From the IMG/VR virus record IMGVR_UViG_3300008113_000003, positions 142,297 to 206,296 of that record: a DNA stretch of 64,000 bases. One strand, written 5' to 3'. Shown piece by piece: positions 48,025-58,272 of this stretch (position 1 is its first letter; each line of letters opens with the position of its first letter). Below the pieces are notes generated by a model that searched no databases, had not been told where the DNA came from, and saw nothing but the letters and a program-made list of their open reading frames with translations. Made by a program: the position numbers and the translations under genes.

Positions 48025-49347
48025 ATGAGCAAAACAAATATTTTAGCAGAAACTCTAGCTGAAATTCAAGAACTAAGAGAAGCCGTTTCTAAAAACGCTA
48101 ATCATGCGTTGAAAAGCACTCTTAAAGAAGAATTAGAAGAAATTGTCAAAAACAACCTAGAGGAAGTTAATGACGAAGAGTTAACAGATGACATGCCTGG
48201 TGATAATCTACCAGGTGATCAAACAGCAAATAATGATGCAGACGGTATGGGTGATATGCCTACTGAGCCACAAGATGGTGAAGAGGTTATCGACTTAACC
48301 GACAAGTCAGATGAGGACGTTATTAAACATTTCGACCTTATGGAACCTGCTGACGAGATCGAAATCGTACAAACCCCAGAAGGCGGAGTACAAATCAACA
48401 TTCAACCAGCTAAAGGTGAAGAAGGTTCTGAGGAAAATCCAGAAGAAACACCAGCAGCTACTGAAATTGATGAGTATAAAGACGAGCAGCCTATTACAAC
48501 TAGTGCTGCACTTGACAAACAATTTGGGAAAGTTGTCGATGAAATGGTTGACTTAGAAGAAGAGCCAGTGTATGAGGTTGAAATCTCAGAAGAGGATCTT
48601 AACGAAGTTGCTAAGGAAGCTACAGCTCACATCGTAAACAAAGGTGGATCAGTTCCAACAGGTGAAAGTAAACTCGAAGAACCCGCTAAAGAAAATGGTG
48701 TGATTAAAAATGCGGCTACCAAACACATGTCTACTAAAGGTGGATCAGTTCCAACAGGTGAGAAAAAACTTGAGGAACCAGCTAAAGAAAACGGTGTTAT
48801 TAAAAATGCGGCTACGAAAGATATCCACGAAAGTACACAAGATACGGCTGGAAACAAAAACAAAGAAAAAGAGTTACATGAAAGCTTGGTGGTAATGAGA
48901 AAAAAATACCAAGAAGCAGTGGCTGAAAATAATAAAAAGACAAAAGAGTTGGATAGCTTCAAAACTTTAGCAGAAGAATTTAAAGGTTCTGAAACTGAAT
49001 ATAAATCAGCTATTAAAAATCTTAAGTCGCAATTACAAGAAGTTGCTTTGTTCTCATCAAACTTAACTTATGCAATCAAATTGATTACTGAAAACTCTAC
49101 AACTAAGGACGAGAAATTAAACATCCTTAAAAGATTCGATTCAGCTAAAAACTTAAACGAATCAAGAGAAATCTTTAACAGTTTGCAAGATCAGTTAGTT
49201 TCTGGCAAAACAGCAACAAAACAGGTGATTGAAGACAAAATTATGGAAACACCAAAAGCGAGTGGTTCTTCAAAATTAAATGAATCAACCGCTTATCAGA
49301 ATCCACAATTATCAAGAATGTTGGATATCATCGGAAAAATTAAATAA
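48025..49347 (+). CDS. Prohead scaffolding protein (T4 gp22-like)
   Basis: Acidic and coiled-coil; C-terminal EVALFSSNLTYAIKL...KLNILKRFDSA; directly upstream of the MCP. Confidence 0.8.
   Translation: MSKTNILAETLAEIQELREAVSKNANHALKSTLKEELEEIVKNNLEEVNDEELTDDMPGDNLPGDQTANNDADGMGDMPTEPQDGEEVIDLTDKSDEDVIKHFDLMEPADEIEIVQTPEGGVQINIQPAKGEEGSEENPEETPAATEIDEYKDEQPITTSAALDKQFGKVVDEMVDLEEEPVYEVEISEEDLNEVAKEATAHIVNKGGSVPTGESKLEEPAKENGVIKNAATKHMSTKGGSVPTGEKKLEEPAKENGVIKNAATKDIHESTQDTAGNKNKEKELHESLVVMRKKYQEAVAENNKKTKELDSFKTLAEEFKGSETEYKSAIKNLKSQLQEVALFSSNLTYAIKLITENSTTKDEKLNILKRFDSAKNLNESREIFNSLQDQLVSGKTATKQVIEDKIMETPKASGSSKLNESTAYQNPQLSRMLDIIGKIK
48640..48819 (+). repeat. 96-nt (32-aa) tandem duplication inside the scaffold gene
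   Basis: KGGSVPTGE(S/K)KLEEPAKENGVIKNAATK twice, starting at 48640 and 48736. Confidence 0.9.
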
Positions 49348-49379
49348 TAAAATTAAAAACAAACTTAAAAAATACTAAA

Positions 49380-50963
49380 ATGGGAGCATTATTAGAATCA
49401 GGAAAAGTTGGTAACGTAAGCTTAAATCACTTAAAGGCTGTACGTACTGACGTAATTAACAGATGGGACAGCTTAGGACTATTAGAAGGTCTTGCTGGTC
49501 ACAGAAAAGAGAATATCGCACAATTATTTGAAAACCAAGCATCACACATGCTTAACGAATCAGTTGCTTTAGGTAACGAAGGTTCTTTCGAAACTGTGGT
49601 ATTCCCAATCGTGAGAAGAGTATTCTCAAAATTATTAGCTAACGAAATCGTTTCGGTTCAAGCATTAAACTTACCTATTGGTAAATTGTTCTATTTCATT
49701 CCGAAATTGGATAATTCAGCGTTTGACGCTACTTATGCGGGTATTCCAAAAACCGCTCAAAGTAACGTAAGTGCTAACCTTTATGATTCTTTCTACGGAG
49801 AGAACGGTCTTTATGACAAATCTAAAGGTGCTGCTACTACTTTAACTGGAGCTACAACTACAGCTAACTTGTATCAATTTGACTCAGCTTCTGCTAGTGG
49901 TTACGCTACTTTGGCTGGTACATCTTGTGCAACTGGCGCAACTTCAATCATCAAGGTTGATTTCGCTGCATCAATCACTAACTGGGAAAATGCTGAAGAA
50001 GTTATGTCTACATTGGCAATCGCTTCAGTTACTTCTGGTGCTGATTTCGATTTCTATTTACCAGCTCAAAAATATGGTAAATCAATCATGGATTCAAGTG
50101 GTGTTGTTTACATTGCCGTTGTTAACAACAGTGCAACAGTAGCATTACCTTTGACTGGTTTAACCGTAACAGCTAAAGAATACGAATCTTTAGAGTACAA
50201 TGATCAAATGGGTGAAGTAAGCTTCGAACTTCAATCTGTAACAGTTTCTGTTATTGAAAGAAAGTTAAGAGCTCAATGGTCTCCAGAATTAGCTCAAGAC
50301 GTATCAGCGTTCCATAACATTGATGCAGAAGCTGAATTGACAGCTTTATTGTCTGAGCAAGTTGCTGCTGAGATTGACCGTGAAATTTTACGTGACTTAC
50401 GTAGAGGTGCTGCATGGAGAATGACTTGGGATTACTCTGGTTCAAGAGTTAACACAGGTGGTTTATCTGCAACAAACGGTTTCTATACTCAAAAAGATTG
50501 GAACCAAACTTTGATCACTGCGATCAACCAAGTTTCTGCACAAATCCACAAAGCTACTTTAAGAGGTGGTGCTAACTGGATCGTAGTTTCTGCTGAGGTT
50601 TCAGCTATCTTGGACGACTTAGAATACTTCCACGTATCTAACGCTGCTCCAGAGCAAGACAAATATAACATGGGTATTGAAAGAATCGGTTCATTGGGTG
50701 GAAGATACCAAGTTTACCGTGATCCTTACTTCCCAGCTGATACAATCTTGATGGGTCACAAAGGTACATCTTTGTTGGATACAGGTTACATCTACGCACC
50801 ATACGTGCCAATGCAATTAACTCCTACAATGTACAACCCATTCACCTTTGCACCAGTTAAAGGTATCATGACTCGTTACGCTAAGAAAATGGTTAACAAC
50901 CGTTTCTATGGTGTAATCAAGTGTCAGAATATCGTTAGCTTCGGTATCACAGGTTTAAGATAA
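49380..50963 (+). CDS. gp23: Major capsid protein (T4 gp23-like)
   Basis: FPIVRRVF, VSVQALNLP, RKLRAQWSPELAQD, AEAELTALLSE, AEIDREI, YAPYVP, GIMTRYA. Confidence 0.97.
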   Translation: MGALLESGKVGNVSLNHLKAVRTDVINRWDSLGLLEGLAGHRKENIAQLFENQASHMLNESVALGNEGSFETVVFPIVRRVFSKLLANEIVSVQALNLPIGKLFYFIPKLDNSAFDATYAGIPKTAQSNVSANLYDSFYGENGLYDKSKGAATTLTGATTTANLYQFDSASASGYATLAGTSCATGATSIIKVDFAASITNWENAEEVMSTLAIASVTSGADFDFYLPAQKYGKSIMDSSGVVYIAVVNNSATVALPLTGLTVTAKEYESLEYNDQMGEVSFELQSVTVSVIERKLRAQWSPELAQDVSAFHNIDAEAELTALLSEQVAAEIDREILRDLRRGAAWRMTWDYSGSRVNTGGLSATNGFYTQKDWNQTLITAINQVSAQIHKATLRGGANWIVVSAEVSAILDDLEYFHVSNAAPEQDKYNMGIERIGSLGGRYQVYRDPYFPADTILMGHKGTSLLDTGYIYAPYVPMQLTPTMYNPFTFAPVKGIMTRYAKKMVNNRFYGVIKCQNIVSFGITGLR

Positions 50964-50985
50964 TCTTAGGGTTACATTAAAAATT

Positions 50986-51015
50986 AAAAGGGTGGATTTT
51001 TTCCACCCTTTTTTT
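50986..51015 (+). terminator. Terminator after the MCP gene
   Basis: AAAAGGGTGGA/TCCACCCTTTT stem with T-run. Confidence 0.85.
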
Positions 51016-51018
51016 GTT

Positions 51019-51047
51019 TATATTTGTTTGTTTTTTTACTATATTTG
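51019..51047 (+). promoter_or_regulatory. Two TATATTTG (-7) elements before glycosylation cluster B
   Basis: TATATTTG at 51019-51026 and 51040-51047. Confidence 0.55.
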
Positions 51048-51068
51048 TATGGTTAATTAGAAACATTT

Positions 51069-53822
51069 ATGAAAAAATTATTATACATCGCCCCACACCT
51101 TTCCACAGGCGGTTTACCACAGTACTTAACTAAAAAAATTGAATTACTTAGAGATTCATTTGACATTTATGTTGTTGAATGGTCTAACCACACTGGTGGT
51201 GTGTTGGTTGTACAAAGAGATAAAATAACTTCAATGGTCGCCCCAGATAAATTTTTTACTCTGGAAGAAAATAAAATTCAACTAATTGATATTATTAATA
51301 GGGTATCACCAGATATTGTACACTTAGAAGAAATTCCTGAATATTTCATGGATTTTGAGGTTGCAAAAGAAATTTACAAAAAAGATCGTAACTATGTTAT
51401 TGTAGAAACTTCTCACGATTCATCATACGATGCCACACAAAAGAAATTTTTCCCAGATAAATTTATGTTTGTATCTGATTGGCAAATTAAATTATTTGAA
51501 TCAATCGATATCCCAAAAGTTTTGGTTGAATACCCTATTGAATATAAACAAAGGCCAAATAGAGAAGATGCATTAAAAGACCTTGGTTTAGATCCTAGTA
51601 AAAAACACGTATTACACGTTGGTTTATTTACACCAAGAAAAAATCAAAAAGAATTTTTTGATTACGCAAGATCTTTACCTGAATATGTTTTCCATTCTGT
51701 TGGTAATCAAGCTGGCAACTTTGCTCATTACTGGGAACCTTTGATGAAAGATAAACCAGAAAATGTTGTTTGGCATGGTGAAAGAAAAGATGTTGACAGG
51801 TTTTATCAGGCGATGGATTTATTCCTATTCACATCTAGAGGTACAGATAATGATAAGGAAACAATGCCTTTGGTTATCCGTGAAGCGATTTCCTGGAATT
51901 TACCAATTTTAATTTACAACCTTGGCGTTTATCTTAATTATTTCGATAAGTTTGATAATATCAAGTACTTAGATTTTTCTGATTTTAACAAAAATTGTTC
52001 TTTAATCAAAGAAGTTTTAGAAAATGGTATTGAATTTCAACCAAAAGTTAAAGAAATTAACAAAGAAAAAGAAGCTATCATTATTTCAACATATCCAACA
52101 ACAAAAAGTGTTTTTGATACAACAGTTGAATGTATTTTAGCGGCTAAAAGAACGGGTAGAAAAGTTATTTTAACATCACATTTACCAGTTTCACCAGATT
52201 TACAAAATTTGGTAGATTATTATATCTACGATAAAAACAATATTTTAACAAAACATACATTCTACTCCCAAAGTAGATATAGTGAAGCTGATTTCTTTGC
52301 TTTTGTTAACTTAAGAGGTGAAGGTAACGATGTTTATCACGGCCCAACTTGCTACACAAATTATTATAATGGCGCTGCGTTGGCAAACGAATTGGGTATG
52401 GAAAAAGTTTATTTCCTTAACTACGATTATGTTCTAAAAAATGATGCGTATCTAGATAACATTTCAAATATATTAGATACAAAATCCGCTTATTTTGGTG
52501 ATATGCCAAACAATCCAGAAGGTCATTCAGTTACCACATTTTTTATGGGTATTAGACCGTCTTTTTATTTAAATTCCGTAGAGCCAATATCTTGCGCACA
52601 AGATTATGAAAATTTAAGAACAAAATGGGGTTCATTTAGTAATGGGTACGAAAATATGATGTTTTTTGCCTTCAAAGATAAAATGAACCAAATCGAATTG
52701 GTTGGTGAAGAACAGTTTAAAAATGAAGTGGCGACTAATTTCCACCATAGAGATTATTCTAGGGTTGAATATTTCACAGTTTTGCCAACAACAGTACCTA
52801 ACTCGTTTGCTGTTTATTTCCAGGTATCAAATTCAATTGACAGTAGAATTGTTAATATTAAAATTAATAAGAATGGGTCTTTACTTAAAGAGGAACAAAT
52901 TACTGTAACAGGTAGAGGTGCTTGGTATAACATGGTTGGTTATAATTTAGATGAAAACGCTGAATATACCGTTGATTATCAGTCCTTTGATAAGGATACC
53001 CAACAATTTATTGAAAGTAAGTTTTTAAGAATTAACAATGATTATATCACAAATGTCTTACCGAATAACGGAATGTTTGAATATAAAGGTGATATTAACG
53101 GCATCAATTTATTGAGTGATAATGATAGTTCAAAACCTAAAATTAGAATTGTACATTTAGTTACTGAACCATCAACCAACCCTAAAGAGTTACGTTCAGC
53201 TTTTTCTTTAAAAGATTTTGCTAGTAACTTCGACAATGTTGAATACTATGAAAAAATCAACGAGATCTACAAAGAGTTACCACCAGTTGATACGTGTAAT
53301 AGACCACATGATGTTGCACCTGAACCAGGGTACTTCAAACTATCCCCAGGGCATTACGGCTGTTTCTTGGCACATAAAAACGGTATAACTTTACCAGATA
53401 ACAACAAATATGATTTCATCTTAGTGTTTGAGGGTGATGTCATAATTGATGCACCTTACCAGGAATTGTATGATAATTTAATTAGATGGTCACAACTGGC
53501 TAAAGAAGAAAATGTTGATATGGTCGGTTTTGGTAACTACTGCGCTGAGAGATATAGTGGTGAGCGTGAGGATTTAATGCTTAATTTAAGTATTTTTGCA
53601 CCAGCGCAATCTTACTTGATTAATAGAGAAAAATTACCTACTTTTGTAGAAAGATTTGAAACGTGTAAATGGGATGCGTTTGACTTGTGGATGACCAAAG
53701 TTGCCAAACTACACGGTGCAATGGCAAACAAGATTTATACTAAACATTTACCAGGATATTCTATTGTAGATAGAAAAGATAAAAATAAAGACAACGACTA
53801 CGCAGCAATTTTCACTAATTAA
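51069..53822 (+). CDS. Multidomain glycosyltransferase (N-terminal GT4-like, central GT-A-like, C-terminal GT25-like)
   Basis: PHLSTGGLPQY, VGLFTPRKNQ, DLFLFTS...ETMPLVIREA; central ILTSH and LNYD; C-terminal GHYGCFLAH...VFEGD. Confidence 0.75.
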   Translation: MKKLLYIAPHLSTGGLPQYLTKKIELLRDSFDIYVVEWSNHTGGVLVVQRDKITSMVAPDKFFTLEENKIQLIDIINRVSPDIVHLEEIPEYFMDFEVAKEIYKKDRNYVIVETSHDSSYDATQKKFFPDKFMFVSDWQIKLFESIDIPKVLVEYPIEYKQRPNREDALKDLGLDPSKKHVLHVGLFTPRKNQKEFFDYARSLPEYVFHSVGNQAGNFAHYWEPLMKDKPENVVWHGERKDVDRFYQAMDLFLFTSRGTDNDKETMPLVIREAISWNLPILIYNLGVYLNYFDKFDNIKYLDFSDFNKNCSLIKEVLENGIEFQPKVKEINKEKEAIIISTYPTTKSVFDTTVECILAAKRTGRKVILTSHLPVSPDLQNLVDYYIYDKNNILTKHTFYSQSRYSEADFFAFVNLRGEGNDVYHGPTCYTNYYNGAALANELGMEKVYFLNYDYVLKNDAYLDNISNILDTKSAYFGDMPNNPEGHSVTTFFMGIRPSFYLNSVEPISCAQDYENLRTKWGSFSNGYENMMFFAFKDKMNQIELVGEEQFKNEVATNFHHRDYSRVEYFTVLPTTVPNSFAVYFQVSNSIDSRIVNIKINKNGSLLKEEQITVTGRGAWYNMVGYNLDENAEYTVDYQSFDKDTQQFIESKFLRINNDYITNVLPNNGMFEYKGDINGINLLSDNDSSKPKIRIVHLVTEPSTNPKELRSAFSLKDFASNFDNVEYYEKINEIYKELPPVDTCNRPHDVAPEPGYFKLSPGHYGCFLAHKNGITLPDNNKYDFILVFEGDVIIDAPYQELYDNLIRWSQLAKEENVDMVGFGNYCAERYSGEREDLMLNLSIFAPAQSYLINREKLPTFVERFETCKWDAFDLWMTKVAKLHGAMANKIYTKHLPGYSIVDRKDKNKDNDYAAIFTN

Positions 53823-54415
53823 TGTATTTACACGGGCATAAATTAAACACTAAACACCCAGATTTTAGTCTTGGGTGGTGTGAATCGGTATTTAAAGAAA
53901 TTTGGTTAGATCACGAATACTCAAGATATGGTGTTGAAGTTGAAAAAGGGGATATTGTTGTTGACTGTGGTGCTAATGTTGGTTTTTTTACTAACTACGC
54001 ACTAAATTATCGTAAAGCAAAACATGTTTACTCATTTGAGTGTGATGAAACTTATGTGGAATGTTTAAGACAAAATACAAATGAAAATGTTACCATAACA
54101 CAAGCATTTGTTTCGGATAGAGATGAAATTGGTCACTATAACATAGAGAGAATGTTACATGATTTTGGTTTAACCCACATCGATTTTATTAAAGTTGACA
54201 TTGAGTGGTGGGAATACCCATTATTAATTAACATGTCAAATGATACGATGAAAAGAGCGAACAAATGGGTAGTAGAACTACATAGTATATATGATAATTA
54301 TGATAAAATATTAGATATAATTGAAAAATTTACATTAAATGGGTTTGATGTAAATTATGAACAAGTACACAAAGAAACAAACCTAGCATTATTATACGCA
54401 AAAAAGAGAATATGA
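53822..54415 (+). CDS. FkbM-family SAM methyltransferase
   Basis: VVDCGANVGFF, SFEC, IDFIKVDIEWWE. Confidence 0.85.
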   Translation: MYLHGHKLNTKHPDFSLGWCESVFKEIWLDHEYSRYGVEVEKGDIVVDCGANVGFFTNYALNYRKAKHVYSFECDETYVECLRQNTNENVTITQAFVSDRDEIGHYNIERMLHDFGLTHIDFIKVDIEWWEYPLLINMSNDTMKRANKWVVELHSIYDNYDKILDIIEKFTLNGFDVNYEQVHKETNLALLYAKKRI

Positions 54416-55362
54416 AAATTTGTCAAGTACATCCTGGATGTGGAATACCAGTGCCACCACCTAATTGGGGTGCTGTAGAAAAAATAGTATGGGAATTTAC
54501 CCAGAATTTAAGATTATTAGGGCATGAGGTTGACATCAAATATGCAAATGAAATTCAACCAGGTGAATATGATGTTGTTCACGTGCACATGGCCAATTTA
54601 TGCCATTTTTTACACGATAGAGGTATACCATACATTTATCAATTACATGATCACCACGCTTATTACTATGGTAAGGGGTCTTATGTGTTCAACCAAAATA
54701 ATAGGGCTATTCTCGAGTCACAGGTTTCATTAATGCCAGGTAGATTTTTAGTACCTTACTTTGAAACAGAAAAAGCTATTTATTTTTCACATGGTGTGAA
54801 TACCGATTTTTATCACCCTTCAGACATCAGACCTAAAGAGCATAAACTATTATGTTTAGCTAATAACGGATTAGCTGGTATGGATGGGTACGATAGAAAA
54901 GGTTTTGGCTTTGCAATTCAAGCCGCAATGGCAAGAAATCTACCGATCACAATTGCTGGTCCAAGAAATAACCAAAATTTCTTTAATGAGAATCCGTGGG
55001 TTAATGGGTACGCAAAATTATCAATTGAGTGGGAACCTAATCAAGATGAATTAGTTAATCTATACCATAGACATACAATTTTTATGCACCCTTCTGAATT
55101 AGAAGCTGGCCACCCTAATTTAACTATATTAGAGGCCGCTGCATGTGGCTTACCAATTAACGGTGCCATTGAGATGGAAACTGATTTTAACGGTATGTGG
55201 AGAGCACCTAGAAAGGTTACAGATATTGTACGTGGGTTAGATGATATTATAGCTAATTACGATTCATACCGTGAAAGAGCTATTCAACACGCTGAGTCTT
55301 TATCATGGTACAATAGATCAAAAGAATTATTAGAAGTTTATAAACAATACGCACAACAATGA
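54412..55362 (+). CDS. GT4-family glycosyltransferase
   Basis: PPPNWGAVEKIV, HGVNTDFY, RKGFG, HPSELEAGHPNLTILEAAACGLP. Confidence 0.85.
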   Translation: MKICQVHPGCGIPVPPPNWGAVEKIVWEFTQNLRLLGHEVDIKYANEIQPGEYDVVHVHMANLCHFLHDRGIPYIYQLHDHHAYYYGKGSYVFNQNNRAILESQVSLMPGRFLVPYFETEKAIYFSHGVNTDFYHPSDIRPKEHKLLCLANNGLAGMDGYDRKGFGFAIQAAMARNLPITIAGPRNNQNFFNENPWVNGYAKLSIEWEPNQDELVNLYHRHTIFMHPSELEAGHPNLTILEAAACGLPINGAIEMETDFNGMWRAPRKVTDIVRGLDDIIANYDSYRERAIQHAESLSWYNRSKELLEVYKQYAQQ

Positions 55363-56984
55363 GGATATTAGGGCTTTCAGCTGGATCACATTCTTGTGGT
55401 ATAAGCTTAATAGAGAACGGTAAGATAATCTTTTCTTTAGAAGAAGAAAGGCATACAAGAATAAAAGTTTACAAAGATTTTTATGGCGGTTATTTTAGAT
55501 ACCCACAGTTATCAATGTATGAAGCGGTTAAAAGATTTAACCTAGATCCAAACTCAGTTGATTATATAACGAGTTATTACCCCAAACATGAGGTTAAAGT
55601 ATTTTGGGAAAGCTTAGGGTTAGGTCTATTCCCTGAACAGAAATTCATATTCATTGATCATCATGATTCACATGCTGGGACCGCTTATTATATGAGCGGT
55701 TTTGATGATGACACACTTGTTGTTACCATGGATGCCAGCGGTGGACAGTATAGTGCAAAATATTTCGTAGGTTCTAATGGTGATTTAGATTATATCGATG
55801 GTTTGGATTTAACAAGAAAATCTTTTGGTCATTATTATGCCATGTTAACAGAATTTTTAGGTTTTAGAAGACTTAAAGATGAAGGTAAAGTTGTTGGTAT
55901 GGCCGCACACGGTAGACATGATAGCCTATCATACCAAGCCTTTAATGAGTGTATTAAAATTGAGGGTATACACACCGATAAAGACCAATCAGACGTACTA
56001 TTAGGTCAAATTTATGTTGATTTTTATACCAGATATTATAAATCATTAGGTTCTAAAGTGTTTTTTGGGACAAAAGCTGACTTAGCATATACAGGGCAAT
56101 TTGTTTTTGAGGAAAAAATATTACAAGTTTTTAATAACTTACATAACATGTACCCAAACATTAAAAAAGTTGCTGTAGCTGGTGGAGTTTTTGCTAATGT
56201 AAAATTAAATAAACGCATCAATGAATTATATTGGGTTAATGAAATGTTTGTCGCACCCCCAATGGGTGATGAAGGTTGTCCGCTTGGTTGTGCTTTATTG
56301 GTACATAAAATGTTTACACCAGGGTTCAAACCATTTAGATTAGAAAACATGTTTATGGGTACGGAGTATACTGATACTGAAGTTGGTGAACATTTTTGGG
56401 ACCAAAATAAATTTTCAAGGGAGATATTCACCCCAGAATTGGCAGCAAAATACTTGGCTGAAGGTAAAATTATCGGTATGTTCAACGGAAGGTATGAGCA
56501 CGGCCCAAGGGCTTTAGGTAATCGTAGTATTATTGGTGAGGTAACTAACCCAGATACATATGATAAAATTAATAACAAACTACAAAGAAATGATTTCATG
56601 CCATTTGCGCCAGCTGTAATGGAAGAACATGCTGATACAATTTTTAATGTCACAAAATCAAGATATACAGCTGAGTTTATGACGATGTTATATGATACAA
56701 GACCTGAGTGGGCCAATAGAATACCAACAGTTGTTCATCCTAAGGATAAAACGGCTAGGATACAAATAGTAACTAAAACAAGCAATCCAACATTCTATAA
56801 AGTTTTGGATGAATATAATAAAATAACTGGCGTACCTGTTCTTTTAAATACATCATTTAATGTACACGAAGAACCAATCGTATGTCACCCAAACGAAGCG
56901 TTTAATCATTTACAGAATGACGTTGTTGACTTATTAATAATAAATAATTTTATCTACAAAAAATATGAAGGACATCTTAATTAA
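55359..56984 (+). CDS. O-carbamoyltransferase (NodU/CmcH/TobZ family)
   Basis: EEERHTRIK, HHDSHA, GKVVGMAAHG, AGGVFANVKLN, MGDEG, GPRALGNRS, FMPFAP, LLNTSFN. Confidence 0.92.
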   Translation: MRILGLSAGSHSCGISLIENGKIIFSLEEERHTRIKVYKDFYGGYFRYPQLSMYEAVKRFNLDPNSVDYITSYYPKHEVKVFWESLGLGLFPEQKFIFIDHHDSHAGTAYYMSGFDDDTLVVTMDASGGQYSAKYFVGSNGDLDYIDGLDLTRKSFGHYYAMLTEFLGFRRLKDEGKVVGMAAHGRHDSLSYQAFNECIKIEGIHTDKDQSDVLLGQIYVDFYTRYYKSLGSKVFFGTKADLAYTGQFVFEEKILQVFNNLHNMYPNIKKVAVAGGVFANVKLNKRINELYWVNEMFVAPPMGDEGCPLGCALLVHKMFTPGFKPFRLENMFMGTEYTDTEVGEHFWDQNKFSREIFTPELAAKYLAEGKIIGMFNGRYEHGPRALGNRSIIGEVTNPDTYDKINNKLQRNDFMPFAPAVMEEHADTIFNVTKSRYTAEFMTMLYDTRPEWANRIPTVVHPKDKTARIQIVTKTSNPTFYKVLDEYNKITGVPVLLNTSFNVHEEPIVCHPNEAFNHLQNDVVDLLIINNFIYKKYEGHLN

Positions 56985-58236
56985 CGAATACAATAATACT
57001 GAAATCTTAGCAAAAGATTACAAACAACCAGCAAACTCATTTATAGTACATTTTGTAAATGGTGCTTTATGTGAAATTAAAGGACCGATATCAAAAAAAT
57101 ACAAGGTTGTTTTTTCTGATAATAAAACTGGGCACGTTCATCACGTATCTGAGATTACAAATAACATGTGGACTAAAAGTGCCATTGAATATTTTATCGA
57201 ATGGAATATTAAAGTATATGAGTTAGAAACGGAAGAGTTAGTTTTTGAACACACATACGATTGTAAAGATAAAAGGGTTTACATCCATTTAGATAGCTCT
57301 GCTGTTGGTGATACAATGGCTTGGTTTCCGTATGCGGATGAGTTCAGAAAAAAACACGGGTGTAAAGTTTTGTGCTCAACATTCCATAATGAATGGTTTG
57401 AGGGTATGTATCCAGAAATTGAATTTGTTAAACCTGGTACACCTGTTATTGATTTATACGCAATGTATAAGATTGGTTGGTTTTACGATAATAAAGAAGT
57501 TGTTAAAACCAAAATCCCGATTGATTTTAAACAGCACCCTTTACAAGAAACTAGTTCATGTATTCTAGGGTTGGATTATGAAGAGGTTAAACCAAAGGTT
57601 TTTGTACCAGAAGAGCCTAGTAGAATTGAAGGTAAATATGTTATTATTGCACCTCACGCATCTGCACACGCTAAATATTGGAATCATCCAGGCGGATGGC
57701 AAGGTGTTATTGATCACTTAAATGCTAGTGGTTATAAGGTTGTTATGATTACATCAGAAAAACTGGGTGATGCTTGGCATGATTCAAAACTTGGTGGTAC
57801 ATTAAGAAATGTTATTGATAAAACTGGTGGTCATATTGATCTGGTTGACAGAATGATTGACATTAAACACGCATCGGCTTTTATTGGTTTAGGTAGTGGT
57901 TTAAGTTGGTTATCTTGGGCTATCGGAACACCTACAGTTCTTATCTCTGGATTTAGTTACCCTTTATCTGAGTTTGCTGACTGTGAAAGGATTTTTAACC
58001 CAAATGTTTGTAACGGATGTTTTAATAGACATTGGTTAAACCCAGGGGATTGGGAATGGTGCCCAGATCACAAAGATACACCAAGACACTTTGAATGTTC
58101 TAAAACTATTGAAACTCAAACTGTTATAGACGCTGTTAATAGACTTTTAACCAAAAAAGAAGAGCCAGTTCAAGAGGTCATTGAAGAAAATTTAGAAAAA
58201 AAAGATAAAAAAAGTTTTTTTGGTAAGTTTTTTTAG
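56965..58236 (+). CDS. Autotransporter O-heptosyltransferase-like protein glycosyltransferase (TibC/Aah family)
   Basis: DSSAVGDTMAWFPYADEFRKKH, KYWNHPGGWQ, FIGLGSGLSWLSW, ISGFS, and C-terminal CNGC-x13-C-x11-C as in the TibC Fe site. Confidence 0.82.
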   Translation: MKDILINEYNNTEILAKDYKQPANSFIVHFVNGALCEIKGPISKKYKVVFSDNKTGHVHHVSEITNNMWTKSAIEYFIEWNIKVYELETEELVFEHTYDCKDKRVYIHLDSSAVGDTMAWFPYADEFRKKHGCKVLCSTFHNEWFEGMYPEIEFVKPGTPVIDLYAMYKIGWFYDNKEVVKTKIPIDFKQHPLQETSSCILGLDYEEVKPKVFVPEEPSRIEGKYVIIAPHASAHAKYWNHPGGWQGVIDHLNASGYKVVMITSEKLGDAWHDSKLGGTLRNVIDKTGGHIDLVDRMIDIKHASAFIGLGSGLSWLSWAIGTPTVLISGFSYPLSEFADCERIFNPNVCNGCFNRHWLNPGDWEWCPDHKDTPRHFECSKTIETQTVIDAVNRLLTKKEEPVQEVIEENLEKKDKKSFFGKFF

Positions 58237-58237
58237 G

Positions 58238-58245
58238 TATATTTG
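58238..58245 (+). promoter_or_regulatory. TATATTTG (-7) element before the glucosaminidase gene
   Basis: Exact TAnnTTTG 27 nt upstream of the ATG. Confidence 0.5.
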
Positions 58246-58272
58246 TTGCTATAACATATAATAGCAACAACT

